From: Amoebophrya sp. A120
Lineage: Eukaryota; Protista; Dinoflagellata
Assembly (NCBI GenBank): GCA_905178155.1
Contig: CAJINV010000004.1
Location: forward strand, 5,166,242 to 5,230,241
Reading direction: 5' to 3'
DNA: 64,000 nucleotides
Below the pieces are notes generated by a model that saw only the letters and a list, made by a program, of their open reading frames with translations, did no database searches and had not been told where the DNA came from. The translations under genes and the position numbers were made by a program. Positions within the stretch are counted from its first letter, which is position 1; each line of letters begins with the position of its first letter. This document shows, one piece after another, positions 58,401-64,000 of this stretch.

Positions 58401-61400
58401 AAACTCTTGTGGCGACTGCCACCTCCGGTGGTGTCGTGTGCTTTTTAACACCTGTTTTCGGTATGGAAAGATTATGCCGACGATACTAGGACACTGATGG
58501 GTGAGAGGAGGAAAGTGATCATGGCCATGGGTTCGACAATTCCAAATTTGAAATCCATTTTGATTGTGTTTTAGGGGCCGTGCCAGTCGCTGCCGGCCCT
58601 GGCGTACAGAAACAAAAGGAAACAGTGAATAGGTGAATATTGCATATTCAGTACCTTGATGTCCCTTTTTTTGGTTTGTCAACAATCTCTTTGCCTCAAA
58701 ATTTGCTGCTGCATTTCTTACTACTTCTCTGTCGCTCGGAGAGGACGGCGAGGAGGACGATACAGCCGCGGATGAAGAATTCATTGCTACTGAATCTGCT
58801 GCAAAAATTTCTCCTTCTTGTGACGGGGAACGGCCAACATGAAGATCGTCTCTTGTTCTAGTGGGCTTCGGCATCTTTCCCTCATCGGTACAACAACCAG
58901 CGCGTTCTTCCTTTTTACCGCTGCTCTTCATTTCCACCATTTGTTCCGCTTCGGCACTGCTGATAGTCGGGATGTCAGACAGATTGACAACCACAACGTA
59001 CCAGAACATCAAGTACCGGTTAAGTAAACTGCCCAGGCTCGTTTCCACCGGTTGGGCGAGGTCCCGCCGCATCTCCGAGCCATAATCAGCTAGATTCGCA
59101 TTTGTTCTAACCCTTTGGACCGGATTCTTTTTCGCGGAGAAGTATATGTCCGGGCTGTGCCGGGACAGAATCTTCGACGGGTAGGCCAGCGGCCTCTCGG
59201 TCTTGGGGAACCGGCACAGGAGCTCGGAAAAGAACGGGGTCCGGGTGAGGTGGGGGACGTGCGGGTGCTGGTCTGCGCGATTGGGTACGATAGTCTCGTA
59301 CAACGGCCACAGTCGGTTGTCTGGGACGAGCGGACCACCGCTTTCAACATCCTGTTCGTTCTCGTTTTGGAGGTCGAGCAGGTTGTTCTTGAGGTCGTTC
59401 TCATTCCCAATCTTGCGCTGGTGGTCAATGACACCACCAGTGTAATCTGTATTGCTGTTCAATATCATCGTCGCCATCCCCAATGGATTGGAGCTGCTCT
59501 CTGCGGTCGTAGAGGAAGTGGATCGAGAGTTGTTCAACGGAACAAACAAGGCTGGTGGTCGCGTAATTACATTTGCTCTCCCTTGACCTTGTTCGGCAGT
59601 TCTCGCATCAAAAATGTGTGTCAAGTTCTGCACCCGCCGGCTGTGTTGCGTGAACCGCATGATTCTGCCGTCCAACCCGGCGGTGTACAGATACTTCGCG
59701 TTTCCTTCACTGTTCAAAATCGTGGACGCCTGCACAGAGGGAACATTCCCCCGGTTGCCCTGCTCGCAGGTGCTTATGCATTGCAAAAGTACCGTATAAT
59801 CCTATCGCTCTAGTCCTAGTGGTAATTCCATTTAACACATTTTTTCCTCAGCGAGAAAAAAGTTGACTTCTCATGCTGATTAGCGACCAAGTAGACAGAT
59901 ATGTAGTCCTGCATCATGCTTGCAATTGGTCATCTTCTATACGAGTACGATACGACGGACTTTTGCAATCCATAGTGGTGACCTTGGACAGATTTTCCCG
60001 ATCCCACCACACCCGGGAATTGACCACCTCCCGGCCCGTCCGGAGGTACGTTTTCTCGGTTTCCGTCATGGGTAACACATCCGCCAGGCTCGACCCGTCC
60101 GGGAACGCGGGGATCGGGTCGTCCGATTTTTCGTAGAAAAACTCCATTTTTGGATATTCCGTGTCGGCTGTTTTTTTGAGCGGTAGCTGCTGCTGCTGCC
60201 CAGGGGTCTCACTCTCGGCCGTAGAGCGGCGGGGGTCGCACACAACTCCGCGGAGGATAAAAGACCCATCGTTCGTCGCATAGTAACTCGGGTTGTCCGT
60301 GTACTGTCGGAGGTCCAGGTTTGGAGTTTTCTTAAAAATTTCCAAGATGTCGTGCTCGGATCGGACCACTCGCGTTCGCTTTGGTAGTTCTATTTTCATT
60401 GGATCTCCTTTCAACGGTTGTAGTTGCGCGTTAGAACTTTTATTTTCTTGGAGCTGCTGCTGATCCTGCCCTGAATTGGCATTGGTTGCCTTCGCTGTCG
60501 AAGACCAACTAGAAATCGCCGTGCTGCTCTTATCTACTGCTCCAACAGGAATTTTCGGTGCTGGAGGATGGTCCCGTAGTACTTCTGCTGGTTCTCCTAC
60601 GTCACCCATCTTCTGCTCCAGAGGAGTGTCCTCGTTATCAGACTCGGTCAGCTCGAGTTCTTTCCCCTTCCCTTCCACCTCCACTGATCCGTCGTGCCAC
60701 TTTTTTAACACGTAAATGTCCACGGGCCAACGTGGACGATGAATCCCCCCGTTTTCTTCTTGCCTCTGCGCCAACTTTCGCCACCGCAGCGGGGAGATTT
60801 TGAAAGTGGTCTCCGTCATTGATTTTGATGTCGTTGTGCTACTTCTACTTTCATCATCATCCTCGCCTTCCCGTCCTGGCAACACGATCGGCGCCAGCGT
60901 GACCTCCTTCAGGGTGACATAGGGTTCGAAGACAAACTATCCTATGGAAAAACGTCTCCGCCCCGTAGTCAAGTTGGGAACGTAGCAACACAAATCCAGA
61001 AGTTTTGGGAGCCACGCATGACAAGTTGCAGTCCGTAGAAGTGTGGTGCATGTTAGCAAGGGCAGTCGCATCGCAAATCCATCTGCTTATCCTGTTTGCA
61101 GCATTACAAATGCCAAAACACGATTGGAAATGCCTCCCTTGGCTGGGAACGCGCATTACAAATGTTCGTGCAATTGCAAATGTGCATGACAACTCTGGGG
61201 TGGGGACGTTTTTACACAGGATACAAACGCCTTGTTGAAGGACTTCGGCTGCATTTTCGCCTTCGCGTGGTCGACCAGGTCGGGTTTTCTCGTCCGCAGA
61301 TTCCACGTCGAGATCCGCGGCTCATTCGGCGCTGCGCGACGGAGTGCTTCCTTCAACGCGTTACGCTTCTCCGACGCTGCGTCCTCGGTCAATTCCGGGC

Positions 61401-63521
61401 CTCGCTGCCACCAAAACCGGTGGGACCCGATGCGGAAATCCTCTTCCGGAATCAGGGACCGGCCGTCGTAGCGGACAAAGGCTTGGTGGGTGGGGTCCCA
61501 GACCCGAACCACGTGGTCGTTGCACCCGACACAGAGAGTGTTGTGGTTGTACGACAGGCCCCAGGCTGGGGTGGCGAGATGGGAGCTGAAAAACGCATTT
61601 TCGTTGTTAGCAGCGTGCACCCTCGCGGGCGCCATGGGGTCGAGCAGCCACTCCACCTCGCCCGTCCAGCGGTAGGCCAGCGGGATGGGATACTGGTGCA
61701 GGAGTGAAGAAGTCTTGCTGCTTTTCCTGTTCATCATTGTTCGCGGCGGGGGTTGAAAGGAAGTGACTTTATTCGTGGACAAACCAGCACTGGAGCTCGA
61801 GCTCCTGCTGCATATTACATTTATTTTCCCCTTTAATATTTCTGCTTTTTCCTCTTCTTCTTCCGCGGCTTTTTTCGCTTCCAAAACGTGTTCCAGTACC
61901 TCGTCCAGATCGAAAAAAGAAACTCCGTCGTCGTGCGTGCACACGAGGCAGTCGCGCTTGCGGCTGTTCTGCGGCAACCCCCGGGCCCGCATCAGATAGG
62001 TGTACGGGTTGTGCATTGCAAATACGTCTGGGTCTGGAAGACAACTGGAAGGTTTGTCAGGCACATTTTGCATGACCCATGCCGTCTGTGATGTATGCCC
62101 TAGCATCAGAGACTTCTTGGGGACTTTTTGATGCCTATTCCACATGAGAAATGTCCTTTCTGCGTAGCAAAAACTGAGCTCCTCTTCTTGCCACTCATGC
62201 AATACAAATTTATTTTGGAATCCAAAAACAGCATGACAAGTTGCACTCTGCTAGATCCAGACATATTTGCAGTTGATACGGGTCGCTGAGCACCAACCGC
62301 GGCTCGCGGATCTCGTCCTCCGCGATGTGCAAATCTCTGGCCAAATATCCTGTGTAAAAATGTCCCCACCTCCCCAGAGTTGTCATGCAGATCTGCAAGC
62401 ACAAGAGCATTTGTAATGCGCATCCCCATGAGAGGCATTTCCCAGCAAGTTTTGGAACTTGCAATGCTGTAAAAAGCATAGGGAGATGGATTTGCTATGC
62501 GGCTTTCCTTGCTAATAACTGCACTACACTACAGCCTGAAACTTGTCATGCGTGACTCCCAAAACTCCAAGGTTTGTGTTGCAAAATTCCCATCTTGTCT
62601 CTGGTGTGCGGGCCCCGTTTTTACTCAGAATACCAAAACCACGTTGTTCAGCCGCGGCGCCCGGCCGAGCTGCTTCCCCGGGGGCAGCGGGCCGAGCGGG
62701 TGCAGCGTGGTGACCTTCTGCAACTCGAAACACGCATTATGGTTGAAGTCCGGGGTGAGAAGCTTCTTTTCCTCTGTTTCGAGGACCAGTTTCTGGTACT
62801 CTTTTTCGGACTGTTGTTCGGAAAGGGTCGGGAAGGTTGACTGGAACAACGTCCTGGTCAAGTCGTTCAAGGTGCCACTGATAACTTCGGAGGTGTCAAC
62901 GACATCGTGGTGATTTGATGCCCTTGATGTCTCCAATGCGGTCGTGGATGTTAATACCTTCGTGCTCGTCGTGGGGGGCAAATCGCTTTTTACCACTGCT
63001 TTTTCTTGCGATGTACAACTAGTGGCGCCGGCGCTGACCGTGGTTGTTGATGCGACACCTCCTGGGTCTTTATTTTTCCTTTTTTTCCCCACCATCAGGA
63101 AGACTTCGATCGTGCTGAAACAGAGACAGAAGACGAGATTCCGGCACTCATCCCGCACGAGCGAATTGATGCAGGGTCCGTTGCGTCCCTCCACCAGCCG
63201 CACGCCCAAGCTTTTCAGGTTCGTGCTGATTTGTCTGCGGAGGGAACAGGCTGGTGACATTCTTGATGTCGTGGTCCTCTCTGTCTGTTTCCTACCATTT
63301 TCCTCCGCAACAGCGTTCCAATTTTCCTCTGGAACCGGTTGATGTATCTCTGTGTTCATCCGGATTTTCTCCATTATGATTTTCGAGTCCTGAATCGACT
63401 GCTCCCACGTTTTGTCAATCACTTGCACGGCATCGCGGTCGAGTATAACATCCTGCCCATACTGTTCATCGTCTTTCTTTTTCAGAGTCCGCAGCGCAGC
63501 CAGGGTCTCCGGGCGCTGCAC
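55447..63521 (-). CDS. At least ~2270-aa protein with dispersed WD40-like repeats and a C-terminal F-box-like motif; start probably in an upstream exon
   Basis: Exons 63521-62633, 62340-62279, 62004-61224, 60932-59975, 59769-58655 and 58451-55447 sum to 6810 nt (four introners plus GT-AG intron 58452-58654). WD-like AWGLSYNHNTLCVGCNDHVVRVWD and YLYTAGLDGRIMRF; F-box-like DLPAQIMVNCLKFLTATEII. Confidence 0.72.
59775..59974. mobile_element. Introner, TGCAAAAG family
   Basis: TATGCATTGCAAAAGT / ACTTTTGCAATCCATA; flanks GTGCT/GTGGT; removing 205 nt joins SKVTT|CEQG. Confidence 0.87.
60938..61223. mobile_element. Introner, TATCCTGTGTAAAAA family (opposite orientation to 62346)
   Basis: Perfect CAAAC duplication; removing 291 nt joins NKAFV|FEPY. 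Confidence 0.93.
62010..62278. mobile_element. Introner, GTCTGGGTCTGG family
   Basis: Perfect CGGGT duplication; TGTGCATTGCAAATA / TATTTGCAGTTGATA; removing 274 nt joins LSDP|YTYL; interior homologous to 26929. Confidence 0.92.
62346..62632. mobile_element. Introner, TATCCTGTGTAAAAA family
   Basis: Perfect CCAAA duplication; removing 292 nt joins NNVVL|ARDLH. Confidence 0.93.
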
Positions 63522-64000
63522 CGCTAGGAAACGCGCCGCGGCAGGGTCGTCACCGTTCAGAAGAATTTCCGGTCCGAACAGGCACTTATTATCTCGCAGA
63601 TTTTATGCAGTCACGGCGGAAGGATCACCCGATGGATGATCGCTCGATGGGAGCATCTCCCACTGCGTCGCACGAGGAGGCGCCCTGGAAGCACCTACCC
63701 CCGCCGTGGGAGATATCTTGCGACCTCTGTCCTACCCCAACACAGATTGGAGCGGCGCGAGGCCCAGCGACCCATCCGAAGTAACTACCGACCCAGACCA
63801 CTGGCTCATCTCGTAAAACTAACCGGGAGGGCGGGTGGGCAAATAAACTTCAACCCAGAACGGGAAGAGGCTCGCCCTCACAGTCATCAGGTCCCGGCTA
63901 CCGGAAAAGGGCGAGGCTCGGACAGACATAAAATATCGCCCGTCCAGCCTCAGCCTAGGCTCACAGGCTCGCTAGCCTGCTACTGCCCGGGCATGCATTT

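Noticed and set aside
59775-59915. Shorter boundary for the 59775 element using an ATGCT repeat
   Set aside because: It gives an out-of-frame join; the end at 59974 has the matching TIR and restores the frame.
1-64000. Dinoflagellate spliced-leader, tRNA or rRNA genes
   Set aside because: No CCGTAGCCATTTTGGCTCAAG match or recognisable structural RNA gene seen by eye; a covariance-model search was not possible.

Overview
This is eukaryotic nuclear DNA, very probably from the parasitic syndinian dinoflagellate Amoebophrya (inferred from intron architecture, not from a search). All of the roughly 14 genes I can support lie on the minus strand. The dominant signal is 24 short non-autonomous elements with the structure [5-bp direct repeat]-TAT...terminal inverted repeats...ATA-[5-bp direct repeat], inserted into coding exons. 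In almost every case, removing the element plus one repeat copy restores the reading frame, mostly without GT-AG ends, so they behave as introner-type non-canonical introns. They fall into about 5-6 sequence families, occur in both orientations, and most share an internal GCAT(G/C/T)ACA motif on both strands. Three carry nested palindromic or tandem-repeat insertions. Recognisable genes: glutaminyl-tRNA synthetase (3' end outside the window), a MerT-like membrane/HMA protein, a lipocalin, two RNI-like LRR paralogues, two paralogous multi-TM proteins (one with an in-frame TGA at a position that is Trp in the other), a histone H3 variant with a ~330-aa tail, a ~2270-aa WD40/F-box-like protein and a ~2400-aa acidic low-complexity protein. 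Also present: a TTA-flanked MITE, a 92-bp hairpin tandem array and a 1.1-kb perfect palindrome ending at an N (likely an assembly artefact). Exon joins were derived by hand and need transcript confirmation.
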